Source: Rebecca billardiae RCC1528 (taxonomy: Eukaryota; Protista; Haptophyta). Taken from it: a stretch of 64,000 nucleotides of DNA. Every line of letters begins with the position of its first letter. The stretch's first letter is position 1. The DNA lies in NCBI GenBank assembly GCA_965240325.2, contig OZ251237.1, positions 682,001 through 746,000 of the forward strand, written 5' to 3'. The notes beneath the pieces were generated by a model. It was given only the letters and a program-made list of their open reading frames with translations. It made no database searches and was not told the origin of the DNA. The translations under genes and the position numbers were made by a program. Positions 35,229 through 45,703 of this stretch are shown here, piece after piece.

Positions 35229-36581
35229 TCATGCGACGAACCAGTCGCGCGCGGGATCCCACTGACGGCCCAGCTTCTCGAGCACGCGCAGCCGTATGGC
35301 GCTCGAGCCGTACGCGAAGACGCGCAGCCGTCGCGTGCTCGTCGCGGCAGCCTCCGGTGCCGCCTCCGCGCCGTCACCGCCATCGTCGCTGGCAGCGACC
35401 GCCTTGGCTGGGACGAAGGCGTGTTTGGGATTCCACTCCGTCGCTGAGAGCACAGCCAGGCCGGCGGAGCGGAGCAATGCCTCCCATTGGCCAAGCGTCT
35501 TGCCGATGCTCCACAGCTGCACCTCCGCCGGCGGCGGGGCCGGCGCGCGCGCTGCCTTTGAGAAGTAGTGCAGCTTGCACGCGCGCAGCGCATCGACCGA
35601 GCACCGGCCCTGCCAGCGCGTGCCGTTGCTCGTGTGCTGCCGCCAGCGGTACACCGAGCGGCGCCCTTCGTCGGAGCGCACGCGCAGCTTGGCGGCGCGC
35701 AGGCCCGCGGCGAAGAAGCGCATCACGAAGTCGTAGTCCACCGGCCACGCGGCGGGCTCGCGATACGTGAGCGCCCTGGCCGCATCGCCGCCGCCAGAGT
35801 GTATGGCACACGCGCGAAGCGCGCTCGCGCGATAGAGGCCCGTCTGATGCAGCGAGGGCATCTCGACGAAGCGCGCGCGCTCGAGGTCGTCGTGCGCGAG
35901 CAGCTCGTTCTGCCACTCGACGTACCTCGTCATCGACGCCGACACGCGGTCGCCGAACAGCTCGATGGGGCTGAAGACAGCATCGAGCGTCTCGTCCGCG
36001 CCGAGCGCGGCGAGCATCAGCGCCAGCCGATCGGGGCCGTACTCGTCGTCGGCCTCGATGTGGGCGATGAGCGGCGCGCGCGCGCAGTCGAGGGCGGTCT
36101 GCAGAGCCGCCGCCTGCCCGCGACCGTGGCTGCTCACCACGCGCAGGAAGCTGCGGCTCGCCTCGCTCGCGAGCACCGCAGCGGCACACTCGGCCGCACT
36201 CTGGAGTGGTGCTGGCTGCTCGCTGGCGGGCGCCGCAGCGCCGAAGTTTGGCGTTGCGGTGGACTCTGGCCGAAGTGGCACGACGAGCGCCGGGTTCTCG
36301 GTGCCGTCTCGGGGCGCCGCCTCGCGCTCGACACGCGCGCGTTCCGGGCCGAGCTCGGCAGCGAGCGCATCGAGCCATTCGGTCGAACCGTCCGTGGACC
36401 AGTCGTCGGCGACGATGACCTCGACGGCGAGGCCGGACTGCACGAGCGGCGAGCGCACCGCGTGCGGCAGCCACGGCATCGCGTTGTTGCACGGCACGAG
36501 AACGCTCACGTCGAAGTCCGAGGAGCTCTCGGATGCGCGAAGAAGCTTGAGCTTCTTCGCGGCCGGAGGCGACGTCGCCAT
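35229..36581 (-). CDS. Glycosyltransferase family 2 (B3GNTL1/QTGAL-like)
   Basis: VSVLVPCNNAMPWL, IVADDWSTDGS, IAHIEADD, RYVEWQN, PVDYDF, YRWRQH, QLWSIGK. Confidence 0.8.
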   Translation of the reverse strand: MATSPPAAKKLKLLRASESSSDFDVSVLVPCNNAMPWLPHAVRSPLVQSGLAVEVIVADDWSTDGSTEWLDALAAELGPERARVEREAAPRDGTENPALVVPLRPESTATPNFGAAAPASEQPAPLQSAAECAAAVLASEASRSFLRVVSSHGRGQAAALQTALDCARAPLIAHIEADDEYGPDRLALMLAALGADETLDAVFSPIELFGDRVSASMTRYVEWQNELLAHDDLERARFVEMPSLHQTGLYRASALRACAIHSGGGDAARALTYREPAAWPVDYDFVMRFFAAGLRAAKLRVRSDEGRRSVYRWRQHTSNGTRWQGRCSVDALRACKLHYFSKAARAPAPPPAEVQLWSIGKTLGQWEALLRSAGLAVLSATEWNPKHAFVPAKAVAASDDGGDGAEAAPEAAATSTRRLRVFAYGSSAIRLRVLEKLGRQWDPARDWFVA

Positions 36582-36657
36582 CGTGGCTGCTCCGCACGCC
36601 TTCGGGCCTCCCAACCCGGACCGGAAACTAACTCCGCGCGTCTTCGTGTGTCGGGCG

Positions 36658-37602
36658 ATGTCGGCACCGTTCCTTACGGCCGTGCTGGCTGCGGCGCTCT
36701 CGTACAGCGCGCAGCGCACCGCGGTGGGCCACGGCGCAGTGGGTGCGGCTCATCGGATGCGCTGCCGCGCCCACGCGTCGGACTCGGCGGCGTCCATTGA
36801 CAGGATGGACACGCCGGCAACGCGCAAGGACGCATCCTGCGTCGGCGATGACACCTCTGTGCTCTACTGGCCGATGACCGAGCACATCTTCGAGCGGATG
36901 CGCTCGGACCTGACGGGGCTGCGGGACCTCGACCTTCCCGCCGACATGGTGCTCGCGCGCAGCGCCAAGCCAGTCGCCGAGATGGAGAGCTGGTGCTTCC
37001 AGTCGGACCGATTCCGAAAGATCAGGTGCACACACATCGACGCTGGCCCCAAGGCGCAGGTGCTCAACTCGCTGTGGTACCCGGCGCCTCAGTACAACCT
37101 GCCCGTGCTCGGGCTCGACCTGCTCTCCTTCGGGCCGAAGAAGCTCTGCGTCGTCGACCTGCAGCCGCTCCCGCCGCACACGGCGCACCACCACGAGCTG
37201 GTGCAGCCGCTCGCCGCGGTGCGTGAGAAGTACCCGCTGTTCCTCGGCGAGAAGTCGTCCAAGATCTACGAGGACGACCTCTTCTTCTCGCCGGTGATGC
37301 TGTTCGGCCGTTTCCGCGACGAGGACGAGGTCAAGTCCACACTCTTCCCCGCGCTGAAGGAGTACGTCGACTTCTACATCAACCTGGCCAACACGTGCGA
37401 GCCGAATCACGACCCGGAGGCGATGGCTTCGGTCCTCGAGGGCCAGCGCGCGTACGACCAGTACAACAGCGAGCGGGACCCCGCGATCGGGCTGTTCCGC
37501 TCGTACTTTGGCGACGCCTTCTCTGAGCGCTACGTGTTCGACTTTCTTTTCACCTCCGCGGTGAAGACCGAGCACACAGGAGGCGCCGCTCGCACGCGCT
37601 GA
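36658..37602 (+). CDS. pebA: Ferredoxin-dependent bilin reductase, PebA (15,16-dihydrobiliverdin:ferredoxin oxidoreductase)-like, plastid-targeted
   Basis: FRKIRCTHIDAG..AQVLNSLWYP, PVLGLDLLSFG, VVDLQPL, FFSPVMLFGR, QRAYDQYNSERDPAIGLFRSYFG...FLF. The N-terminus has a signal peptide plus a transit-like segment. Confidence 0.85.
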   Translation: MSAPFLTAVLAAALSYSAQRTAVGHGAVGAAHRMRCRAHASDSAASIDRMDTPATRKDASCVGDDTSVLYWPMTEHIFERMRSDLTGLRDLDLPADMVLARSAKPVAEMESWCFQSDRFRKIRCTHIDAGPKAQVLNSLWYPAPQYNLPVLGLDLLSFGPKKLCVVDLQPLPPHTAHHHELVQPLAAVREKYPLFLGEKSSKIYEDDLFFSPVMLFGRFRDEDEVKSTLFPALKEYVDFYINLANTCEPNHDPEAMASVLEGQRAYDQYNSERDPAIGLFRSYFGDAFSERYVFDFLFTSAVKTEHTGGAARTR

Positions 37603-38345
37603 TGTCTGACAATTGAAAATCGAAATTTGGCGTGTCACTGAGTCCCGTGTGGCGCTACGCCACGCCCAAGGGGACGGGGTGCAGTACCGGGCGGACGTGT
37701 ACGACTCGCAGCCGTCAGGACGGCGGTCACCAATCACCATCCGACTCCGGGCAGGCCCTCACCGCCAAGGGCCGTGCCTCACCCTCGAGTCCGCGGCGCC
37801 GGATGCCCGTCTGATTGAATACTGTAGTTAGTGAATACGTCGTAGTACGTACTCGGAAAATTTATTCGTGATTCGTCCATTCGTCATCAATAGCATTCAG
37901 CAATCATCATCAACAGTAGACTGCACCGTCTGACCAAGGCGCGGCTGCGTGCGCCGCGGCGTGCTCGGCTGCGCCGCGGCGGCGGGGAGAGCGGGGCCGG
38001 CCCCATCGCAGATTTTCGCAGGCCTCTGACGGAAGCGAGCACAACAGAGCCCCCCCCCAACCTCCGCCGCACTGGGGGTTGAGTGCCCTTACGGCCCTTG
38101 GTCTCGTCACGATGGGCAGCCGTCACCAATCGATCGTCACCCGCCTTGGGCCCTTGGCTCCCGGGCTCCGGCCTCGCCCCGCCGCCAAGCACTCTGACTC
38201 GGCCACGCCGACGGGCCACGGTGCCTGCGCACCCGCCCACCTTCAACTCGCTTGCAGACTCGGCCTGCAAACTCGGCCTTTCCGTCGCTCGATCTTTGCG
38301 CGGCGCCGGCGGACGTCTGCAGCAGACGAATCGGCGTTCTCGGCC

Positions 38346-39104
38346 ATGGGGAAGACTGTCGTGATCACTGGGGCGAACAAGGGGCTGGGGCTGGAGATGG
38401 TCCGCCAGTTCGCGGCTCGGGGCGATCGGCTGTTTGCTCTCTGCCGCAGCACCTCCGATGAGCTCGCCGCCGTGCCGGGTGACGTGAACGTCGTGGCCGG
38501 CGTCGATGTCAAGAGCGACGACGTCGGGAATGTCCTTCTCAAGTCCCCGCTGGCTGGAGAGCGAATTGACGTGCTCATCAACAATGCAGGCGGCTACGGC
38601 GGCCCACCTCCAGGTGATGGTGGTGTGATGGCCGTCTTCGCCGCTCAGGCGCTCGACAAGATCACCACGGACATCATGCGTGACGCTTTTGAGCTTAACA
38701 CGCTGGGCCCGCTGCGTGTCGTCCAGGCGCTGCTCGCCCAGATGTCTGATGAGGGCAGCAAGGTGATCATCATCTCTTCTCTGATGGGCTCGATTGCGGA
38801 CAACACGTCTGGGGGCTCGTATGGCTATCGGACCGCCAAGGCTGCGGTCAACATGGTGGCGAAGTCGCTCTCCTGCGACCTGAAAAGCAAGGGCGTTGCG
38901 GTCGGGATGGTGCACCCAGGCATGGTCGCGACGAGCTTCGCTGGCGACCACGACAAGGTTCCGGAGGGGATGCGCAAGAACATGCACCCGCCAGAAGTTG
39001 CGGCGCAAGGCGTGATCGAGGCCATCGATGCGACCACGCTGGAGACCACAGGCAAGTTTTGGCACGGCAACTACGGCAAGGGCATCAAGGAATGCCCGTG
39101 GTGA
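38346..39104 (+). CDS. Short-chain dehydrogenase/reductase (CsgA-like)
   Basis: TGANKGLG, LINNAG, SSLMGS, catalytic YRTAK, VHPGMVAT. Confidence 0.92.
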   Translation: MGKTVVITGANKGLGLEMVRQFAARGDRLFALCRSTSDELAAVPGDVNVVAGVDVKSDDVGNVLLKSPLAGERIDVLINNAGGYGGPPPGDGGVMAVFAAQALDKITTDIMRDAFELNTLGPLRVVQALLAQMSDEGSKVIIISSLMGSIADNTSGGSYGYRTAKAAVNMVAKSLSCDLKSKGVAVGMVHPGMVATSFAGDHDKVPEGMRKNMHPPEVAAQGVIEAIDATTLETTGKFWHGNYGKGIKECPW

Positions 39105-39255
39105 GCAATCATGACCAGTGCCAGCAGCCCGTGCCCGTGGTGAGCTGCGTGGTGAGCGCAGCTCGCCACGGGCCGCCCAGGCGCCGGGCGCCGCGCGGAC
39201 CTGCGTGGCGCCTGGGCCGGCGCGGACGACGATATCGATCGTGCTGCGTGTAGTA

Positions 39256-39554
39256 TATTAACGACGTGGTATGCAACGGGCAGGCGTCAGAGTCAGCAAG
39301 CTGTAGCAGCAGATCGAGCAGCAGAGACAAACACCAGGATCAGCGCTCCTCGCCGTCGTCCCCCCCCCCTCATAGTCGCCCATCACTCCATCGCCGAGCG
39401 GAAGCTCGACGCACCGTCTGGCGTCGACGCGCACGCGCCACCGCGGTGGTCGCGGTGCCACGCGTCGTCAGCCGTCGTCTCGAAGTAGTCGTCGTATGCA
39501 GCGCCCCCGCGGGCGCGTGCCCCCGGGCGCACGTGCGCCATGCGCGCGCGGGCG
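39256..39554 (+). repeat. ~300-bp dispersed repeat / MITE family with a TATTAACGACGTGGTATG terminus, copy 1
   Basis: Matches the reverse complement of 40621-40922 and directly matches 50672-50944. Confidence 0.85.
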
Positions 39555-39680
39555 ATGAGCATCTTGGCCTGGCCACGCAGGCAGCGCATGCCCAGCTCGC
39601 GCCGCATGGTGCCGAGCAGCGCGCGCTCGGCGGCGGGGCGCGAGGGCGCGCTGAGGCGCGCGCGCCACGTGTCCCTATTA

Positions 39681-40595
39681 GGCCTGTTTTATTTCTAGGA
39701 GAGCCCAACGGCGACATTCGCCAAAACGCGGTAAAATGGCGGCTTGCGGCTTGCCCGCTGGTGGTGGGTGCCGGCGCGATTGCGGAGTAGTGATGGCACG
39801 TCGTTGGCGCATGTTCGTACTAGGGCGCTGAGCTGTAGCGAAATGTGTTGCCAAGACATGCTGCTTGCTTCGCCATGACACAGAGGTCACTCGCAGCGCA
39901 CGGCAGTGTGACGATCGCCGCGCCGCGGCGGCAGACCGCAGTAGTTGAGGGCGCGCTGCAAGCTGCAAGCACTATGCCTTGGCTGCGTCGCGCCCGTGTC
40001 AGCTGGTGAACCAGGATCGTTGAACAACAGATGGACTGCAAATGATTCCAGCTCTACTCGGTCTGCCACCACTTCCTTGTCGAGCGTGAGATGTTTCCGT
40101 TGCGTGCGCTCGCATGCAGCTTGCCGCCTGCATTTGAACGTGGTCACGGCAGGTTGGTGGGCCGGTTGCTTAAGCCTCCTCGGCGTAGATGACGACACGT
40201 TGCGTGCCACGCGCACCCATGACGCGCGGAAAGGCGTGCACACGCGTCCTCGCGCATCTAGCAGGCAGTCTTGGACAAGATGATGAGAACAAGCCTGCCA
40301 GTGCCTCGCCGCGCGGCTGCGAGCGCGCGGAGAGTTCTAGGATCCGACCCATGGTGTTGGGTGTACCTCGTGTGCGACAATGACGAGGCGGACGAGAGCC
40401 GCAACTGGATTCCTGCACTCACCGGTCACCGAGGAGTGCAGGAATCGCGTTCCTCGCGCACGTGGGGGCCGCCATCGGCCGTGAGAGGTACACCCACGGG
40501 GCGTGACACCGATTCCCACTGGCGGGCAAGGGTTTGTCGCCGTGACATATATATATATACATAGTAAATGGAATCTGGTAGAAATAAAACAGGCC
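39681..40595. mobile_element. Non-autonomous TIR element, 915 bp
   Basis: 17-bp perfect TIR GGCCTGTTTTATTTCTA; 4-bp TSD ATTA on both sides. Confidence 0.8.
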
Positions 40596-40610
40596 ATTAC
40601 TGCTGCTATA

Positions 40611-40922
40611 TATTAACGACCGCCCGCGCGCGCATGGCGCACGTGCGCCCGGGGGCACGCGCCCGCGGGGGCGCTGCATACGACGACTACTTCGAGACGA
40701 CGGCTGACGACGCGTGGCAGCACCGCGACCACCGCGGTGGCGCGTGCGCGTCGACGCCAGACGGTGCGTCGAGCTTCCGCTCGGCGATGGAGTGATGGGC
40801 GACTATGAGGGGGGGGGGACGACCGCGAGGAGCGCTGATCCTGGTGTTTGTCTCTGCTGCTCGATCTGCTGCTACAGCTTGCTGACTCTGACGCCTGCCC
40901 GTTGCATACCACGTCGTTAATA
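40611..40922 (-). mobile_element. TATTAACGAC MITE, copy 2 (short TIR at both ends)
   Basis: Begins tattaacgac and ends gtcgttaata; inverted relative to 39256-39554. Confidence 0.7.
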
Positions 40923-40980
40923 TTAACGACGTGGTATGTTCGCCGCCGACTGATTTTAGATGACGAATATATATGATCGG

Positions 40981-42115
40981 CTACGCCGATCTTCGGGTAG
41001 TAAACAACGAAGTTGAGGGCGCACGGCCCTGGGCATCGCGCGCAGGTGCTTGACGAGCTGGTTCGGCACCGTGTTGATGCCGAGCTTTACGGTCCGATAC
41101 GGTGAGGTGGCTGCCCGACGGGCTCGGGCTCGTGAGGTGAGCGAGCGCGCGCTTCAGCTGCGCGCGCCTGCGCGCGGCGTCGGTGCTCGATGCTTGGCCA
41201 CGCGCTTGTGGATGCGGGGGCCCGCCTTGCTGATGGTGGGCGAAACGGCGATGCGCCGCCGTATCTCCGCCGCCCGGCTCACCGACACCGGCAGCACGCG
41301 GCTCACGAAGGCGTCGCACGGCATGTGGAAGTCGGCCGCGTGCACGCCCATGAAGTCGGTCACCGCGACGTCCTGCGCGGTCAGCGTCCTCGCGGCCGCG
41401 GCCGCGTCGGCTGCGCCCGTCACCTTGATCTGCGCCACATGGCGCGCACAGCGGAAGCGGCAGCACTTCAAACGTCGCCAGCGCGCCCGCGTCCAGTTCG
41501 ACGCGCCGCGTGCCGAGATGCCACGCCGATCGCAGCTCGAGCTCGTCGACAAGCGCCTGCTGGCCGGCGCCGACCCACCAGTAGGCGTGCTTGGAAAGCC
41601 GCAGCAGCTTGAGCTTCGCGGTGACGCACAACTGTTGCGTCTCGGACACGAGCGGCGCGACCGCCGCGAACCACACCCTCCGCCACGTCGCCGGCTTCGT
41701 GAAGGACGGGTCGTCGTACTCCATCGGCACGCGCGCGTGCGCGCGCGCGCTCCCGCCCTCGTCTGTGCGCAGGTGCAGCTTCTTGTCGCCGCTCGTGCGC
41801 GCCCGTTCGGCATAGCGTACAGTCCATGATGTACAGTCCATGATCAAATTCGAATGTCGCCGCCACGTCGTCCTCCGGCCGCACAGCCGCCGTCTCGCAT
41901 CGGCGCCGCCATCGCGCCGCCGATGCCGCGCGCCGCCAGCGGCGCGTCCAGGACGGCGCCCATCGCGGCAAAGTCGACGTCCGCGTCGAGCGCGACGGAT
42001 GCGAGTGCGTCATCGAACCCGCCAGCGCCTTCTCTCGGCTCGGGCGGCGGCCGCGACCGCGGCGGATCGGGCGGCAGCGAGGCGTCGCCGTCGCCCGCCG
42101 GCGCCAGTCGTCCAT
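40981..42115 (-). pseudogene. Possible degenerate gene fragment, product unknown
   Basis: Coding-like pieces in shifting frames (MEYDDPSFTKPATWRRVWF..., VAVTDFMGVHAADF...) and a short tandem duplication (gtacagtccatgat x2) near 41817-41844. Confidence 0.3.
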
Positions 42116-43402
42116 GCCTAGCGCCTGCGCGCGCGAGCGCGGCGAGGCGGGCGGAGACGGTGCCGGGCCGGGAGAGAAGGGACGCGCGGTGAGCGTCCAC
42201 GGGCCGCCTCGGCAAGCCGATGTCCGCGCGTACCGGGGGCGCCCTGGGCGCCGCGAGGCGGGCGCGCGGGCCTGCCCGCGTACACCCATTTTCAGAGAAG
42301 TAGAGAACTCTTATGATATTGTTGATGAGCGAATTCAGGCCTCATCAACAAATGATCATATGGGTCGAGAGCGAGAATGTTCGCCTTCAGGCTGTCTCGT
42401 TCATCTGAAATACAAGAATTGGATTGCCACCGAACCAAATGTTTGGTTCGCTTTATGCAGAATCTCGTTTCAGCTGAATGGCGGGCGATCGTCTTTCGTT
42501 GAAACGGTGTTTTTGAAGCGCAGTTCTCTTAAGAGAAGAGGGATGCGTCTAATCTAAAACGCTGTTTTTCAGAAGCGCGTGAATCAAAGCCGACCCAACC
42601 TATCGTTTCTATGGTCGGCGAGCTGTTTCAGGCTCTTACAATTCAGGCATCTTACTATGACGGAATGTTCGAACACACGGCTGGTGTTATGTGCTATTCC
42701 ACCCTGCATTCCCCTAAGTGTTACTATCATTAAAATTAGCATCTACTACAAACGCAATCATTGCGGCAGCGATATCCACTCATACGCGGTGGCCACCTAC
42801 CGAAAAATCCCCAAAATCCTGCGCGCATCCTCTTTTTGATTTTGCGGAGCACGTGCGCCGCCCCCCCCCCCGGCTTTCGCTCACGCTCAGACCTTTCGGG
42901 GGGGGGGGCGTGCGCCATAAGACTACGCTACTGTAGCAGATGCTGCGCGTGCATATAATAGCCGGCCATATTCGGATATTCGTGCTCAGGTCCAGGTGTC
43001 ACCCTGGGACCGCATGACGAGGCTTCGTAACGTCCCGCCGACTGCGTCTGCGGCCTGCGCCGATGATCGAGTCCCGATTGATGCCGATGGCGGCGGATAG
43101 AAAAGTGTATAGCATCAGTCGTCGTATGTTGCCAGCAAGTACTATTACCGCTACTACTGAGCTATCTGAATCACTCATCAGTCGTCATCAGACTAGTGAC
43201 AGTTACGATTTTGCTTCTGGACACAGGACCGTTGGCCGCCCGCGCGTTGCCGCGGGCGGCTGCGGCGGGCCGCGCCCGCCGGGCGCGAGCCGGGTGGGGC
43301 CCGTCGGCCGGTGCGGCGGACGGGGGGCGGGGGGGCACGCAGCCACAGCTGCACGACGCGCAGCGTGGTCGGACTGGTCGGTCCCGGGCCGCCTCGGCAC
43401 GC

Positions 43403-45703
43403 TCAGACCCGCCTCCTGGCCATCACCACAGGTATGACCTGCTGTAGTTGAGACCGATGCAGTGCTCGTGCGGCTCCTCCTGGGCCCGGCGCTCCCGGCG
43501 CTGTCGATGAGGTTGGCGCCCATAGGTGCGCTGGCGCATCAGCGGTAGTGTTGATGCTTGCTGGTAGTCCCTGTTCGTGGCTGCCGGGGGTAGCCCGGAC
43601 TGCATCGTGCGCTTTGCCACGCTGATGGCGTTCGTCCAGGGCCCAGGCACCATCATTGACCACCCCGTCGTCAGCCGAGTGGATCGTGCCGTCTGGCGAG
43701 CGCCAGCGGACGATGCTGACTTCCACCAGCGGCGGCGATGGCGACCGCGGCGGCCCGACGTCCGAAACAGCGGCAGTGCGGCTGGTGTGCTTGCGTCGGC
43801 GCTTTGTGGCGCTCGGTCCCTGGTTGCCGGTGCCATGCTCCAGCTTTCGCTTGGGGACAGCGAGCCGACTGCGTACCATGCCAGCCAGCTTGTGCGTAGC
43901 GCACCGGCTGGCACGCGCGTCGCCCAGCATGCCGAATGAAGGCCCCTTGGTGCAGTCCGCGTGATCACACTTGGAGTTCTTCACGTCGACCATGCCGGCC
44001 AGCTTATGCGCAGCGCACAGGCTGGCACGCGCGTCGCCAGGCATGCCGAATGAAGGCCGTTTGGTGCAGTCCGCGTGATTACACTTGGGGTGCTTCACGT
44101 TGACCATGCCGGCCAGCTTGTGCGCAGCGCACAGACTGGCGCGCGCGTCACCCGGCATGCCGAAGTAAGGCCGTTTGGTGCAGTCCGCGTGATCACACTT
44201 GGGGCTCTTCACGTTGACCATGCCGGCCAGCTTATGCACAGTGCAGAGGCTGGCGCGCGCGTCGCCCGGCATGCCGAACGAAGGCCGTTTGGTGCAGTCC
44301 GCGTGATCACACTTGGGGTGATTCACGTCGACCATGCCGGCCAGCTTATGCGCAGCGCACCGGCTGGCGCGCGCGTCACATGGCATGCCGAATGAAGGCC
44401 CCTTGGTGCAGTCCGCGTGATCACATTTGGGGCTCCTCACGTCGACCATGCCGGCCAGCTTGTGCGCAGCGCACAGGCTGGCGCGCGCGTCGCCCGGCAT
44501 GCCGAATGAAGGCCGTTTGGTGCAGCCCGCGTGATCACACTTGGGGTGCTTCACGTTGACCATGCCGGCGAGCTTGTGCGTAGAGCACAGGCTGGCGCGC
44601 GCGTCGCCCGGCATGCCGAATGAAGGCCCCTTGGTGCAGTCCGCGTGATCACACTTGGGGCCCTTCACGTTGACCATGCCGGCGAGCTTGTGCGTAGCGC
44701 ACCGGCTGGCGCGCGCGTCGCCCGGCATGCCGAAGTAAGGCACCTTGCTGCAGTCCGCGTGATCACACTTGGGGCTCTTCACGTCGACCATGCCGGCCAG
44801 CTTGTGCGTAGCGCACCGGCTGGCGCGCGCGTCGCCCGGCATGCCGAACGAAGGCCACTTGGTGCAGCCAGTGTGATCACACTTGGGGCTCACCATGTTG
44901 ACCATGCCGGCCAGCTTGTGCGTAGCGCACCGGCTGGCGCGCGCGTCGCCCGGCATGCCGAATGAAGGCCCCTTGGTGCAGTCCGCGTGATCACACTTGC
45001 GGCCCTTCACGTTGACCATGCCGGCCAGCTTATGCACAGTGCAGAGGCTGGCGCGCGCGTCGCCCGGCATGCCGAAGTAAGGCACCTTGGTGCAGTCCGC
45101 GTGATCACACTTGGGGCCCTTCACGTCGACCATGCCGGCCAGCTTATGCGCAGCGCACCGGCTGGCGCGCGCGTCGCCCGGCATGCCGAACGAAGGCCAC
45201 TTGGTGCAGCCAGTGTGATCACACTTGGGGCTCACCATGTTGACCATGCCGGCCAGCTTGTGCGTAGCGCACCGGCTGGCACGCGCGTCGCCCGGCATGC
45301 CGAATGAAGGCCCCTTGGTGCAGTCCGCGTGATCACACTTGGGGCTCTTCACGTTGACCATGCCGGCCAGCTTATGCACAGTGCAGAGGCTGGCGCGCGC
45401 GTCGCCCGGCATGCCGAATGAAGGCCGTTTGGTGCAGTCCGCGTGATCACACTTGGGGTGCTTCACGTCGACCATGCCGGCCAGCTTATGCGCAGCGCAC
45501 CGGCTGGCGCGCGCGTCACATGGCATGCCGAATGAAGGCCCCTTGGTGCAGTCTGCGTGATCACACTTGGGGCCCTTCACGTCGACCATGCCGGCCAGCT
45601 TATGCGCAGCGCACCGGCTGGCGCGCGCGTCACATGGCATGCCGAACGAAGGCCGTTTGGTGCAGTCCGCGTGATCACACTTGGGGTGCTTCACGTTGAC
45701 CAT
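43403..45703 (-). CDS. EsV-1-7 cysteine-rich repeat array protein (16 x 38 aa) with an NLS-like C-terminal region
   Basis: Unit MVxVKxPKCDHADCTKxPxFGMPGDARASxCxxHKLAG matches the C-x4-C...C-x2-H EsV-1-7 motif. Uninterrupted 766-aa ORF; PKRK and TKRRRKH follow the array. Confidence 0.85.
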   Translation of the reverse strand: MVNVKHPKCDHADCTKRPSFGMPCDARASRCAAHKLAGMVDVKGPKCDHADCTKGPSFGMPCDARASRCAAHKLAGMVDVKHPKCDHADCTKRPSFGMPGDARASLCTVHKLAGMVNVKSPKCDHADCTKGPSFGMPGDARASRCATHKLAGMVNMVSPKCDHTGCTKWPSFGMPGDARASRCAAHKLAGMVDVKGPKCDHADCTKVPYFGMPGDARASLCTVHKLAGMVNVKGRKCDHADCTKGPSFGMPGDARASRCATHKLAGMVNMVSPKCDHTGCTKWPSFGMPGDARASRCATHKLAGMVDVKSPKCDHADCSKVPYFGMPGDARASRCATHKLAGMVNVKGPKCDHADCTKGPSFGMPGDARASLCSTHKLAGMVNVKHPKCDHAGCTKRPSFGMPGDARASLCAAHKLAGMVDVRSPKCDHADCTKGPSFGMPCDARASRCAAHKLAGMVDVNHPKCDHADCTKRPSFGMPGDARASLCTVHKLAGMVNVKSPKCDHADCTKRPYFGMPGDARASLCAAHKLAGMVNVKHPKCNHADCTKRPSFGMPGDARASLCAAHKLAGMVDVKNSKCDHADCTKGPSFGMLGDARASRCATHKLAGMVRSRLAVPKRKLEHGTGNQGPSATKRRRKHTSRTAAVSDVGPPRSPSPPLVEVSIVRWRSPDGTIHSADDGVVNDGAWALDERHQRGKAHDAVRATPGSHEQGLPASINTTADAPAHLWAPTSSTAPGAPGPGGAARALHRSQLQQVIPVVMARRRV

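Noticed and set aside
39256-40922. One 1.67-kb element with 300-bp TIRs
   Set aside because: The right arm has its own short TIRs at both ends and the middle is a separate 915-bp element. Two independent MITE copies are at least as likely; unresolved.
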